Source of the DNA: an uncultured bacterium
GTDB lineage: Bacteria; Desulfobacterota_D; UBA1144; Nemesobacterales; UBA2774
Direction of reading: 5' to 3'
DNA: 64,000 nt
Assembly (NCBI GenBank): GCA_963705505.1
Contig: CAVPJU010000006.1
Location: forward strand, 672,001 to 736,000
Shown: positions 50,926 through 61,027 of the stretch, piece by piece
Numbering within the stretch: position 1 is the first letter of the stretch
How the letters are laid out: each line of letters opens with the position of its first letter
Translations under genes and position numbers: made by a program
The notes under the pieces: generated by a model
The model's database searches: none
Seen by the model: only the letters and a program-made list of their open reading frames with translations
Told to the model about the DNA's origin: nothing

Positions 50926-52077
50926 CTAAGCCATTTCTTCTTTACTCGATACAAGCCTGTCGAGGATCTCTCTCTGTATGCCTTCGATCTCTTCCCTGGC
51001 TTTCTTGATTTCCTCGGTGGGCTTTCCCCTTTCCCTGCATTCTTCGACAAGCTCCTCCAGCTTCGCCCCTATGTGCTTTAATTTTGTCTGCGCTTCGATA
51101 TTGGCTTTTATGAGCATTTCCTCGCTCTCCCATTCTCGCTTCGAATACGCATCGAGCTCTTTTGCCTGTATGAGCAGCTCCCTGAGACGGTCCCTCCAGC
51201 CGTGGAGAGATTGGTGTATAACCGACTGGACCTCGGTTTTCTCGCCGGGGTCTCTCCAGAGAACATTCTCCAGAAAGCGCAGGTCCTCCTCCGAGACCTC
51301 GCTCCTCCCCTCAAGATATGCCCTGGCTTTAAGGAGCGAAACCGATTGCTTGTACCTTCTGTCGGAGGGGATTATCCCCTTTTTCCTGAGATCTTTTCTT
51401 ATCCGCGATATAAGCTTCAACATATTGGGAGGCAGTTTTACTTTCTCCGTTTCGGTTTTGCATGTGTTGAGCTCATCAGCCGTTATTACTCCTTCGTCGG
51501 ATTTGTCGGCTTCAGTGTTAAGCATCTTCAGGAACCTGAAATCTTCTCTTATATAATCCACTACGTATCTCAGCAGGAACCTGTCGTAGAGCGCTTCGAG
51601 CTCGTCTTCCTCGGACGGCAGCTCGTTGCTCGCGCCGAAAAGAGAAATCAGGGGTATCTTTACCTTTTCCGTTCCGTTGTAAAAAATTCTCTCGTTCATG
51701 ATGGTGAGCAGGGTGTTGAGTATAGAGGAGCTGGCTTTAAATACCTCGTCCAGAAATGCGATGTGGGCCTCGGGCAGCTTCCCGGCTGTCACCCTTCTGT
51801 ATTCGTCGTTCTCGAGCCCTCTCAGGCTTACCGCTCCGAATAACTCCTCCGGTGTGGTGAACTTGGTGAGAAGCCACTGAAAATATTGGGCCCCCGCGAT
51901 CTTACGGCATAGCTCGTTTGCGAGCTGGGACTTGGCCGTGCCGGGCGGACCGATAAGAAGGAGGTGGCTTCCGGTAAGGAGAGCACAGAACGCCCCGTCG
52001 ATGACATCATCCCTTTCCAGATACCGCGTCTTCAGATCGGTTCTGATCTTCTTTAGTTTTTCTAGAATTCTTTCCAT
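50926..52077 (-). CDS. MoxR/RavA-like AAA+ ATPase
   Basis: GPPGTAKS, LLTKFTTPEELFG, FLDEVFKASSSILNTLL, ASNELP, ALYDRF, SDRR. Confidence 0.88.
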   Translation of the reverse strand: MERILEKLKKIRTDLKTRYLERDDVIDGAFCALLTGSHLLLIGPPGTAKSQLANELCRKIAGAQYFQWLLTKFTTPEELFGAVSLRGLENDEYRRVTAGKLPEAHIAFLDEVFKASSSILNTLLTIMNERIFYNGTEKVKIPLISLFGASNELPSEEDELEALYDRFLLRYVVDYIREDFRFLKMLNTEADKSDEGVITADELNTCKTETEKVKLPPNMLKLISRIRKDLRKKGIIPSDRRYKQSVSLLKARAYLEGRSEVSEEDLRFLENVLWRDPGEKTEVQSVIHQSLHGWRDRLRELLIQAKELDAYSKREWESEEMLIKANIEAQTKLKHIGAKLEELVEECRERGKPTEEIKKAREEIEGIQREILDRLVSSKEEMA

Positions 52078-53174
52078 GTCACTATATCCACTATGACGTC
52101 CTGGTCGCGCCTGGTTTTTTTAATCACGGCTTCGATAACCCTCTTTGTGGGGCTAGCTTCCCCCAGGCTGCCAACGGATCTAACGGAAAATATTTCGCTT
52201 TCTCCGCTGTTGAGGGTAACGCCGACAAGGCCGGCGTTCACTGTTGACTCAGGGTCGATGTTTCTTGCTATTTCTCTCGCCTTTTGCTGGTCGATCACCG
52301 GCGTTTCTTTTCTTGCTTCAATGACTTGATCTGCGATTTGCTCAGCCACGTCGTCGTCGACCTCATCTTCGGAGGAGCTTCCCTGCCCTCCGATCGCCGA
52401 TACGGCTGAGCCTTTAATGGCGGCCATTATCACTACCTTCGGGGCCGTGCTGAAATTAATTTTCTTATCGTGAGGATAGACCGTAACGTAATCCTTTATC
52501 CGGTTGTAGAATTCATCGTCCATGCCGTCGACCATTCGTATCTCCTGAAGTGTATCGAGATGGCCGTCCTTGATCCTGTAAGGATTCTCGAGGCCGGCAT
52601 AGAACTCTCCGTTTGCTCCCGCGGGGTCCTGATCGTTTTCCGCGCCCTGGATAGGTGCGTCTATCCAGTTAATCAGGCTCGAAATGAACCTCTCGGATTT
52701 ATTACTGTCTACATCAAGGAACTTGAAAAGCTCTCTTATTTCCGTAAGCACCTGCTGATCCACCTTGTTTGTCGACGTGTTTACCAGCGCATTAAGGTTT
52801 ATCTTGGACCTTTCGTCGGTCACCGTGACCGAGACGTTCCCGTCACCGACCGGGAAATAGGGCACGCTGATAGCCCAGAGGCCTTCGGAGTTCTGCGCTT
52901 GCCCGCCCATGGCGGCCGTAATCTCGGTGAGCTCTTCGAGCGGTCTTTCCTTAAGTGTGCCGGCTGCGACATGCACTCCCGATTTGGCTATATACCGGGC
53001 TTTGATTTCATCCCGCGTATTTGACGATATCTCCGTATCTATCTGGGTAAAATAGATCAGGTCCGTGACGAGTATCATGAGGATCGCTATGACGATGATC
53101 ACTATGACCAGAACGATCCCTTTTTCCGAATTTCTGTTTCTTGGAGCGCATGTAAAAAGCATTCTTTTTTTCAT
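52062..53174 (-). CDS. gspK: Type II secretion minor pseudopilin GspK
   Basis: EKG|IVLVIVI without Glu5, DERSKINLN, LINWID, EIRMVDG, INFSTAP. Confidence 0.9.
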   Translation of the reverse strand: MKKRMLFTCAPRNRNSEKGIVLVIVIIVIAILMILVTDLIYFTQIDTEISSNTRDEIKARYIAKSGVHVAAGTLKERPLEELTEITAAMGGQAQNSEGLWAISVPYFPVGDGNVSVTVTDERSKINLNALVNTSTNKVDQQVLTEIRELFKFLDVDSNKSERFISSLINWIDAPIQGAENDQDPAGANGEFYAGLENPYRIKDGHLDTLQEIRMVDGMDDEFYNRIKDYVTVYPHDKKINFSTAPKVVIMAAIKGSAVSAIGGQGSSSEDEVDDDVAEQIADQVIEARKETPVIDQQKAREIARNIDPESTVNAGLVGVTLNSGESEIFSVRSVGSLGEASPTKRVIEAVIKKTRRDQDVIVDIVTWKEF

Positions 53175-53222
53175 GGTTTCGAGGTTGTCTATTGATCCAT
53201 TTATATCGAGAGCATAACCATT

Positions 53223-53906
53223 TTAATTGACGACCGGTATCGTCACCGTCGTGTTGAATACGATATTCTCACCCCTGGGATTTCGCATAATCAGATTTAC
53301 ATTCACAGCGATCGGCAGGGATAATGTTTCGTTCGAATTCCATTCGCTTGCAGACTCCTGCGTTACACCGTCAACAGGACTATTTGCAACGTATGTAAGG
53401 TTGAAACCCACTACTCTTTCCGATAGCGCATATTGAGTCCCCCCTGTCTCGGGTTCTAAGGTAGGGTTGTCCCTTCTGATGAGTGCGAAGAGGTCCGAAT
53501 CCTGGACCGGCTCGAGAAAGTAGCTTATTAGCGTCTGATCTGATTCCCTCGAATTTTGTGTAGGGGTACGAGATAAGGATGTGAAGACCAGCTTGCTGTG
53601 GTCTCCTTCCTTGACCCCGAAAAAAAAGGGTGTTGTGATGTTCGTTGTCTGCGAGTTAACTAATCCCCGGGGAAATGCCGTCGTAAGGTCGTTAGTTATC
53701 TTCGAAATTACGACCCTTGCCTCGTGATAGAGATCAAGCTCTTCTTCTATCCTGTCTTTCGCCTTCGTTATCTGAAAGAATGAAGCATAGAGCACTGTAA
53801 GGACGATGGATCCGATAAATACCGCAAGCAGCACTTCGATGAGGGTAAACCCTCTATCCGTGGTTTGAAATCGCCGTAGCAACTGTGAACTCCTTATTTC
53901 CTTCAT
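53223..53906 (-). CDS. gspJ: Type II secretion pseudopilin GspJ
   Basis: [26 protein letters not shown]...LPIAV; position in cluster. Confidence 0.85.
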   Translation of the reverse strand: MKEIRSSQLLRRFQTTDRGFTLIEVLLAVFIGSIVLTVLYASFFQITKAKDRIEEELDLYHEARVVISKITNDLTTAFPRGLVNSQTTNITTPFFFGVKEGDHSKLVFTSLSRTPTQNSRESDQTLISYFLEPVQDSDLFALIRRDNPTLEPETGGTQYALSERVVGFNLTYVANSPVDGVTQESASEWNSNETLSLPIAVNVNLIMRNPRGENIVFNTTVTIPVVN

Positions 53907-54288
53907 CCCAGGTTATTGTCAATATGACGATTCTTATCTCGGTTCCGAGCTGTTCTATGTTATACGGCTGGACGGATACGTACCATTTGAACTCCGGGTT
54001 ATCTTCAAACGTCCCCTGCTGGTCCCCTACTTCCGGAAATCCTCCGATCTCGACTTCTCCGAGCTTCCTTTGGGCAAGGAAAGACGCGATTGAAAGGTTT
54101 TTCGATTGTGACGCGAGGATGAGGTTCTTGTTGACCGCTCCCAGCAGTATTGCTAGGGATGAGCCGATTATCGCAACAGCTATAATGACCTCGAGAAGAG
54201 TAAACCCGGCGTTTCGGGTTTTCTGTTCCGGGCACGATTGCGGATTTTCAGAACAGCCTTGATTTGCGACCGGGACCAGTTTATTCAC
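53854..54288 (-). CDS. gspI: Type II secretion pseudopilin GspI
   Basis: [30 protein letters not shown]. Confidence 0.85.
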   Translation of the reverse strand: MNKLVPVANQGCSENPQSCPEQKTRNAGFTLLEVIIAVAIIGSSLAILLGAVNKNLILASQSKNLSIASFLAQRKLGEVEIGGFPEVGDQQGTFEDNPEFKWYVSVQPYNIEQLGTEIRIVILTITWDEGNKEFTVATAISNHG

Positions 54289-54796
54289 TCCTCATAAGCG
54301 CCACATATTCGTTATATACCTTGGTTCCGCCCGTATAAGGCTTCGTTTCCAGGGTGTAGTTGTCGTTGTTATCTGTTACAAGATGAATAACGGCGGGTTC
54401 GACAAAACCCGTGGGCAGAAACAGTATAAATACCTCGGAATCATCGAGAGCGCTTCTCCCCTGGCTGCGTTCGGTAACGACGTCCTTAAAATGGACGCCG
54501 CTCGGTAATGTCCGTTTTTTTTGTAAGAAATCGGTCGACACGACATACTCGTTGTCATTCAAAACCTCGACCCAGTATTCTCCCCTGTCGATATCGAAGA
54601 CAAGCCTGTAGATGTTTTTCTTGAACGCCGCTTCGTTGTATAGGTACTTGATCGTTCCGCTCAGGTTCCGGGAAGCGCTTTTAATATTCATCTCGGTCCC
54701 GCTTTGAATTTTCGGTAAGGCTATGAATACAAAAGTGCTGATGAGAATAATGACTACCAGGAGCTCTATGAGTGTAAAACCGTTCTTTGATTTCAT
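54281..54796 (-). CDS. gspH: Type II secretion pseudopilin GspH
   Basis: [17 protein letters not shown]; follows gspG. Confidence 0.82.
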   Translation of the reverse strand: MKSKNGFTLIELLVVIILISTFVFIALPKIQSGTEMNIKSASRNLSGTIKYLYNEAAFKKNIYRLVFDIDRGEYWVEVLNDNEYVVSTDFLQKKRTLPSGVHFKDVVTERSQGRSALDDSEVFILFLPTGFVEPAVIHLVTDNNDNYTLETKPYTGGTKVYNEYVALMRSE

Positions 54797-55221
54797 TGTA
54801 TCGTACGGCTCGTAATATCGTCCTCGGACTGCTGTACTCCGTCTTCGCCCATGGAGATTATTTCATAGGTGCCGTCCCCGGTCTGGTCCGGGCCGATATA
54901 AATAAATTCGTTCTTCCAGCCGTCACGAGGGACCTGGCTCCCTTCCAGGTATCCTTCCTTGGAATAGCAGCAGGGTTCTCTCCCCACCGTCGGCTGCTGT
55001 ATCAGGGCGTTCAGGCCCTGCTGTGTTTCAGGGAAGAAACCGTTATCAAGCTTGAAAAGCTTAAGAGCCGACTCCAGGTTTTTTATCTGGATCTTGGTTT
55101 CCTCCTTCTTCGCCTGCCCGAATCTCCCGATAACATTGGTGCCCACAATATATGCGAGCCCCGCGATGATCAGCAGAACGACCATAATTTCAATAAGCGT
55201 GAAACCGCCTTCAGATTTCAT
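54793..55221 (-). CDS. gspG: Type II secretion major pseudopilin GspG
   Basis: G|FTLIEIMVV, ALKLFKLDNG.FP...QGLNAL, PRDGWKNEFIY, SMGEDG...DDI. Confidence 0.95.
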   Translation of the reverse strand: MKSEGGFTLIEIMVVLLIIAGLAYIVGTNVIGRFGQAKKEETKIQIKNLESALKLFKLDNGFFPETQQGLNALIQQPTVGREPCCYSKEGYLEGSQVPRDGWKNEFIYIGPDQTGDGTYEIISMGEDGVQQSEDDITSRTIQ

Positions 55222-55236
55222 ATCTCATACCTCCTT

Positions 55237-56442
55237 TTAACTTATAGTTGATGTCAAATTAAATATTGGCAGGAGAACAGCGAAAACAATAAATGCCATC
55301 ACGGCGCCGATTATCAAAATCATAACGGGCTCGAGAAGAGAAGTAAGGGTCGATACCATTGTCTCGACCTGCTGATCATATATATCGGCCACTTTTGTGA
55401 GCATCGCTTCCATTTCGCCGGTCTGCTCCCCGACCGCAATCATTCGCGTTACGAGCGGGGGGAATACTCCGCTGTCCTTCAAGGGCTTTGCAAGACTTGT
55501 CCCTTCCCTTACGTTGGACCTGACTTCTTCGAGAGTTTTACCGTAGACCCGATTCCCCATAACGGCTTCGCCTATCTTAAGCGCATCCAGAAGCGGAATT
55601 CCGCTTGCGAGCAGGGTCCCCAGAGTTCGTGTAAACCTCGATATCACGACCATGGTGGTTATTTTTCCGAATACGGGCAATTTCAAGGATAATCGATCGA
55701 AAAAGAACTTCCCCCTCTCCGTTTTGTTGAAGCGGTAAGCTGCAAAGACGAGTGCGGGGATTAAGATCAGGAGGAGCAGTATATTGTTGCTGAAAAAGCC
55801 GCTTACGTTTATGAGTATGACTGTCATGACGGGCAGAGCCTTCTGGCTGTCCTCGAAAATCTTCGCAATTCTTGGTATTACATATGTCATTGTGAAGAAG
55901 AGTACCCCGCCGCCGATGAAAAACATAAATATCGGATAGATCAGGGCGCTTTTTACTTTGGAAGTCAGGGCTGCCTGTTTTTCAAGAAAATCCGCGAGCC
56001 TGAGCAGCACGATGTCGAGCGTTCCGCTCGCTTCGCCGGCCCTTACTATATTTATGTATAGGTCGGAAAAAACGTTCCTGTGCTCGTTGAGCGCATTTGC
56101 GAGAGAGCTTCCCTCGCTGACCCTGTCCTTCACCTGTGTCAGTATTTGACCGAGTCTGGCGTCCTCCGTCTGTTCGGAAAGAGCCGTTAGAGACGCCTCG
56201 AGGGGCAGTCCTGCCGAGATCAGAGTGGAAAATTGCCTCGTCGTGATCGCGAGCTCGGAAATGTTTACGCCCCTGAAGGGAATGAAACTCCTTGCTTTTC
56301 CCTCCTTGACTTCATTCAGGGACGAGAGGAAGACTCCCTGATGCTTGAGCTTATCCGTTGCACCCTTGGGTGATTCCGCGTCTATAATTCCCTGAACGGT
56401 TCTTCCGGTCTCGTCAATGGCTTTATATTTATATACAGGCAT
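55237..56442 (-). CDS. gspF: Type II secretion platform protein GspF
   Basis: TRQFSTLISAGLPL, AGEASGTL, ALIYP, VGEQTG, LLEP. Confidence 0.95.
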   Translation of the reverse strand: MPVYKYKAIDETGRTVQGIIDAESPKGATDKLKHQGVFLSSLNEVKEGKARSFIPFRGVNISELAITTRQFSTLISAGLPLEASLTALSEQTEDARLGQILTQVKDRVSEGSSLANALNEHRNVFSDLYINIVRAGEASGTLDIVLLRLADFLEKQAALTSKVKSALIYPIFMFFIGGGVLFFTMTYVIPRIAKIFEDSQKALPVMTVILINVSGFFSNNILLLLILIPALVFAAYRFNKTERGKFFFDRLSLKLPVFGKITTMVVISRFTRTLGTLLASGIPLLDALKIGEAVMGNRVYGKTLEEVRSNVREGTSLAKPLKDSGVFPPLVTRMIAVGEQTGEMEAMLTKVADIYDQQVETMVSTLTSLLEPVMILIIGAVMAFIVFAVLLPIFNLTSTIS

Positions 56443-56497
56443 AACCTAATATAATATCCTTTTCTGTTGTAAAATCGGGGTAGACCCTATCGGCGGG

Positions 56498-58180
56498 TTA
56501 TATTATGCTTTCCTCTTCGGTAACCCTCATGACCTCGTCAACCGAAGTCAGACCTTTTGCCACCTTCTCCGCCCCGTCCATCCTGAGCGTAGTCATACCG
56601 TGCTCCATTGCCTTTCGCTTGATCTTTGTCGAATCGACCTGGCTAAGCGTCAGGTTTCTTATGTCGTCGTTGATTAAGAGCATTTCGAAAATCCCCGTCC
56701 TGCCGCTGTACCCCATATTAAAACATTTGTCGCACCCCTTTGCCCTATAAAGGATACCGTCATGAAGCTGATTTCGCTTAAGGCCGATCTTTATGAGTTC
56801 ATCGTCATGGGGCTCATACGGTTCTTTGCAGGAATTGCAAAGGAACCTGAGGAGGCGCTGTGCGATTACGGCCATGAGCGAAGAAGCCACCAGGAAAGGT
56901 TCGATCTCCATATCGATGAGCCTCGTGATAGCGCTTGCGGAATCGTTCGTATGGAGGGTGGAGAAGACGAGGTGTCCCGTGAGCGATGCGTGAATTGCGA
57001 TATCTGCGGTCTCTCTATCTCGGATCTCGCCGACCAGGATCACGTCGGGGTCCTGGCGGAGTATGGACCGGAGGCCGTTTGCGAATGTGAGATTTACTTT
57101 CGGGTTAACCTGGATCTGATTGATTCCCTGAATCTGGTATTCGACAGGGTCTTCGACAGTGATAATTTTTTTGTCAGGCGAGTTTATCCTTTCAAGTCCC
57201 GCGTAGAGGCTAGTCGTTTTACCGCTGCCCGTAGGTCCGGTGACCAGTATTATTCCGTGAGGGCGCAGAATAAGCCCTTCAAATATATGGAGCTTCTTGC
57301 CTGCGAGCCCGAGGTCCTCAAGACTGAGGAGCACCGAAGACCTGTCGAGAATTCTCATTACGACGCTCTCTCCCCAAGTCGTCGGCACGGTCGATATACG
57401 GACATCCACGTCCCTTCCCGCAACTTTTACGCGGATCCTTCCGTCCTGGGGCTTTCTCTTCTCGGCTATGTCGAGCTCGGCCATGATCTTGACCCTGGAT
57501 ATTATCGACGCCTGAAGCTTTTTGGGGACCGAGGTTATTTCGTGCAGTATTCCGTCCTTTCTGAATCTTACCGACAACTCCTTCTCGAAACACTCGAGGT
57601 GTATATCGCTCGCTTTTTCCTTTACGGCCTGAAAGAGGAGCGAATTGACGAACCTGATTATCGGCGCTTCGTCCTCGGCTTCGAGGAGGTCTTTGGGCTC
57701 CTGCAGATCGTATTCCGATATACCTGTCGAGTCGTCTTCGATCCCTTCCGTCATCTCCTTGCCGCGCTCGTAGACGCGGTTAATGCTGTCGAGCACTATG
57801 TGGTTCATGGTGAGTACGGGCTCGACTTCGCACCCGAAGAGGGATTTGACTTCATCTATGGCATAAAGGTCGAGCGGCGGCGCAAGGATTATAACGACTT
57901 TTCCGTTCTTCTTCTGGAACGGGATAAGCCTGAATTTTTTTGCGAAGCTGATGGGGAGGATCTTTACGAGTTCCGAATCGATATCCCTTTCGGATATTGT
58001 CAGCGTGTAGGGGAATTCATAGAATTCGGAAAGTACTTCGAGGACTTCCTTCTCGTCAAGAACTTTTGACTTGATCAGGACTTCTTCGAGGCTTTCCCCG
58101 TTCTTGGATATGAGTTCATCTATTTTAACCAGTGCGTCCGGATTTCGTTCGCTTATTATTTCCTGAATACTCTTCATCAT
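56498..58180 (-). CDS. gspE: Type II secretion ATPase GspE
   Basis: ASDIH, PQDGR, GPTGSGKTT, EDPVEY, LRQDPD, HLVFSTLHTN, two CxxC. Confidence 0.95.
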   Translation of the reverse strand: MMKSIQEIISERNPDALVKIDELISKNGESLEEVLIKSKVLDEKEVLEVLSEFYEFPYTLTISERDIDSELVKILPISFAKKFRLIPFQKKNGKVVIILAPPLDLYAIDEVKSLFGCEVEPVLTMNHIVLDSINRVYERGKEMTEGIEDDSTGISEYDLQEPKDLLEAEDEAPIIRFVNSLLFQAVKEKASDIHLECFEKELSVRFRKDGILHEITSVPKKLQASIISRVKIMAELDIAEKRKPQDGRIRVKVAGRDVDVRISTVPTTWGESVVMRILDRSSVLLSLEDLGLAGKKLHIFEGLILRPHGIILVTGPTGSGKTTSLYAGLERINSPDKKIITVEDPVEYQIQGINQIQVNPKVNLTFANGLRSILRQDPDVILVGEIRDRETADIAIHASLTGHLVFSTLHTNDSASAITRLIDMEIEPFLVASSLMAVIAQRLLRFLCNSCKEPYEPHDDELIKIGLKRNQLHDGILYRAKGCDKCFNMGYSGRTGIFEMLLINDDIRNLTLSQVDSTKIKRKAMEHGMTTLRMDGAEKVAKGLTSVDEVMRVTEEESII

Positions 58181-58192
58181 AGTTACGTGATG

Positions 58193-60916
58193 TCAGTTGT
58201 CAACGTCCTTATTGAACCCCCTCTCCTGTAAAAGCATATTGCGTCTTTGTCTTTCTTCAAGTAACCGCTGCATGTCTTGTTCGTTCTCGATGATTCTGGG
58301 CGTGAGGAGAATCATGAGATTGATTTTCGTGCTCGATCTCTGCTTGAATTTAAACAGGTTTCCTATCACGGGTATATTGCCGAGCACGGGTACCCTGTTC
58401 TGTAGCACGCTCTCTCTGTCCTGTACGAGTCCCCCTATCACTATGGTCTGTCCGCTTTTTACGACTACGGACGAGTCCGCCGTTCTGGTGGTCGTGGCAA
58501 TACCGAACTGTGCGGTGTTGAGTCCGGCGACCGGAGTGTCCTTGATGGAGGATACCTCGGTCAAAATATCTAAATTCATGAAGTCGCCTTCGCTGATCTG
58601 CGGTGTTATGGACAATCTTATTCCAACGGGCTCACGCTGGATTGTCTGCACCGTCACTCCGCTGTCCCCTACGGTGCTTCCCGTGGGGAACGGTATGACG
58701 TCCGCCACGATAATTTCCGCGGGTTCGTTGTCCGTGGTGACAATGCTCGGCGTGGAAAGGACATTTACGTCCGTCAGAGAGGTCAGTGCCTGAAAAAGAG
58801 CGCTAAAGGACGGTATCGGAGGTATCGGGCCCGAGCCGTCCGGGTCTACTTCCTGACCTATAACACCCATGAAAAGGCCGGAAAGGCTGTTCAGAACGGT
58901 TGTAGATGCTGTGGGGTCGGCTGCGACACCGAGGAGGCTGGGGACACCGGGGAGGACAGTTCCGCCGAAGCCGAGAGTATCGCCGTTTACCGTAAAACCG
59001 ATACTTAAATTGGTCCCGAACGACCTTATTTTATCGAGACCGACTTCGAGGATCGCAGCCTCTACGTATACCTGCTTTCTCCTCACGTCCAATTCTTGGA
59101 TTACTTGCTTGACTGTTTCGTAATCCCTCTTGGAGCCTATAAATATTATGGAATTTGTCGAAGTGTCGGCTGTAACCCTGAGCTCGTCCGTCTCCGCTAC
59201 TATGGCGGATCCGGCTGTTACGCCGCGCTGAATCGCCTGTCGGGACTGGGAGCCGGAGGTGGATCCGAATGCCGAGGTGGATGAGCTACCGAGCTCCGTA
59301 TTTGCCCCTAAGCCCGAGGTTCTTTGTGCCAGGTTCGATTGAGCCCCGGTTCTGGCGCCGCTTCCTCCGAATAAACTCGCGAGAACTGACACTATCTGCT
59401 CGGCATCGGCATTCAAAACCCGGATCACATATATACCCTCTTCCGGTTCGTCAGTTTCGACGTCTAATATTTCAATCACCGCTTTGATTTTTTTCATATC
59501 GTCCGGGTATGCGATAATTATCAGCGAGTTCGTCCTTTCGTCTGTGATTACCTTGAACCCCACTGCGGAGGTTTCGGTCGTCGACTGGGATGTTATAACC
59601 GGAGTTTCGGATCTGCTCTGAGAACCTGGAAGACTACGCGTGCGTGCCGTTGTTTGTCTTTGCGACTGGGATTGTTGTACGGGAGTGTTTGCTGCTCCTG
59701 TCGAAGCCGTTCCTCCGAATATCTCGACAAGCTTGGCTGCCACTTCCGCGGCATCCGCGTTGTGTATCTTTATAAATTCAATTTCGGTCTCTACATCGAG
59801 GTTCTCGATTATTTTCAGTATCCTGTTCAGGTTATCCACTGTTTCAATGATAATGAGCGTATTCGTGGCCGGGTAAACGACTATGTCTCCCTCACGGGAA
59901 ATAAGCGGCTTCAGGATATTCGCTACCTCGCTTGCCTGTACGTTCTTCAGCTGTACCAGTCTCGTGATAAAGCTGTCCGAGGACTCTCCCATCTGGGTGC
60001 CCACTTCCGTAGGTATGCTCGTGATTTTTATGTCTCTCTTGGGGACGATAATATTGGTTCCGTCTTTTTTGACCACCGAGAACCCGTTCAGGCTGAGGAT
60101 GGTTTCAAAGAGCTTCATTGCATTTTCCTTTTTGAAGCCTCCAGGCGCTATTACGGTGATTTTCTTGCCCTTGACCGACTCGTCCAGTATGAAGTTTTGA
60201 CCCGTGATCTCACTGATAGTTTGAATCAGATCCTGTATATCCATCTCTGATTGGAGATTTACTATTTCGCCGTCGGTTATTGTAACCTCCGGTTTTTCTT
60301 CTTTTGTCTCTGTTTCCGTCGATGCTTTTTTTTGAGTTTCCGTTCCGGTTTCTTTCGGCTTGAACTGCGGCAGTCCTTCGCTTTCCCTGCCCCTCGTTCC
60401 GTGATTCTGTCCCTGCTCTTGCTGGCGGTACTGCTGTCTTTGCTGTATCAGTTCCTGTCTTCTCTTTTCAATTTCGGCCTGCCTGTCCGAACTTTGCTGT
60501 TCCGTGTCCGAAGTGTTTCCTTCGCCGAGCGACTGAGTCATGGTTTGGGAGCTATCCGGATCACCGTAAGGAGCGTACTCATCCTTACTCGCAAGTTCAG
60601 GGCCTTTGGTTTCATTCTTGCCGGGTATGTCTATATATTCGCCGACCGATAACACGTCCTTCGTCAAACCGTTGAATTCTTTGAGCTCCCCGACCGACAC
60701 ATGAAACCTTTCTCCGATTTGAGATAAGGTATCGCCGTTCTGTACCCTGTAGCTTGTGTCCTGCTTCACGGCGGAGTTTTCGGATTCTGCAGTTTCGAGC
60801 TCGGTAGTTTGTGCGGAGTTCTCTTTAATAACAGTTTTTTCGTGGTCCGTGTTGACATAGACGTATAAGGTCAAAAGAAATCCCAGAATCAGAACATTGA
60901 TCAGCAATCCTCTCAT
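58193..60916 (-). CDS. gspD: Type II secretion secretin GspD with N-terminal LysM extension
   Basis: N0-N3 domains, LDVRRKQVYVEAAI, LSTPSI, GQTIVIGGL, VPVLGNIPVIGNLF, LTPRII; LysM YRVQNGDTLSQIG...IDIP at aa 54-98. Confidence 0.92.
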   Translation of the reverse strand: MRGLLINVLILGFLLTLYVYVNTDHEKTVIKENSAQTTELETAESENSAVKQDTSYRVQNGDTLSQIGERFHVSVGELKEFNGLTKDVLSVGEYIDIPGKNETKGPELASKDEYAPYGDPDSSQTMTQSLGEGNTSDTEQQSSDRQAEIEKRRQELIQQRQQYRQQEQGQNHGTRGRESEGLPQFKPKETGTETQKKASTETETKEEKPEVTITDGEIVNLQSEMDIQDLIQTISEITGQNFILDESVKGKKITVIAPGGFKKENAMKLFETILSLNGFSVVKKDGTNIIVPKRDIKITSIPTEVGTQMGESSDSFITRLVQLKNVQASEVANILKPLISREGDIVVYPATNTLIIIETVDNLNRILKIIENLDVETEIEFIKIHNADAAEVAAKLVEIFGGTASTGAANTPVQQSQSQRQTTARTRSLPGSQSRSETPVITSQSTTETSAVGFKVITDERTNSLIIIAYPDDMKKIKAVIEILDVETDEPEEGIYVIRVLNADAEQIVSVLASLFGGSGARTGAQSNLAQRTSGLGANTELGSSSTSAFGSTSGSQSRQAIQRGVTAGSAIVAETDELRVTADTSTNSIIFIGSKRDYETVKQVIQELDVRRKQVYVEAAILEVGLDKIRSFGTNLSIGFTVNGDTLGFGGTVLPGVPSLLGVAADPTASTTVLNSLSGLFMGVIGQEVDPDGSGPIPPIPSFSALFQALTSLTDVNVLSTPSIVTTDNEPAEIIVADVIPFPTGSTVGDSGVTVQTIQREPVGIRLSITPQISEGDFMNLDILTEVSSIKDTPVAGLNTAQFGIATTTRTADSSVVVKSGQTIVIGGLVQDRESVLQNRVPVLGNIPVIGNLFKFKQRSSTKINLMILLTPRIIENEQDMQRLLEERQRRNMLLQERGFNKDVDN

Positions 60917-61027
60917 CGTTCAGTCCTCACTGTCTGCACGCGCCCTTCTCGGCCTCTATTCGAATAACAGGGTCTCATCAAACCATAAAAGCAAGCCAAT
61001 AACGACTTTGAGCATTCTGAAGCTCTT

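Noticed and set aside
56762..58069. 435-aa + strand ORF, and similar long antisense ORFs over nrdJ, suf, ilvD and gspD
   Set aside because: Antisense shadows of well-conserved genes, with no motifs of their own
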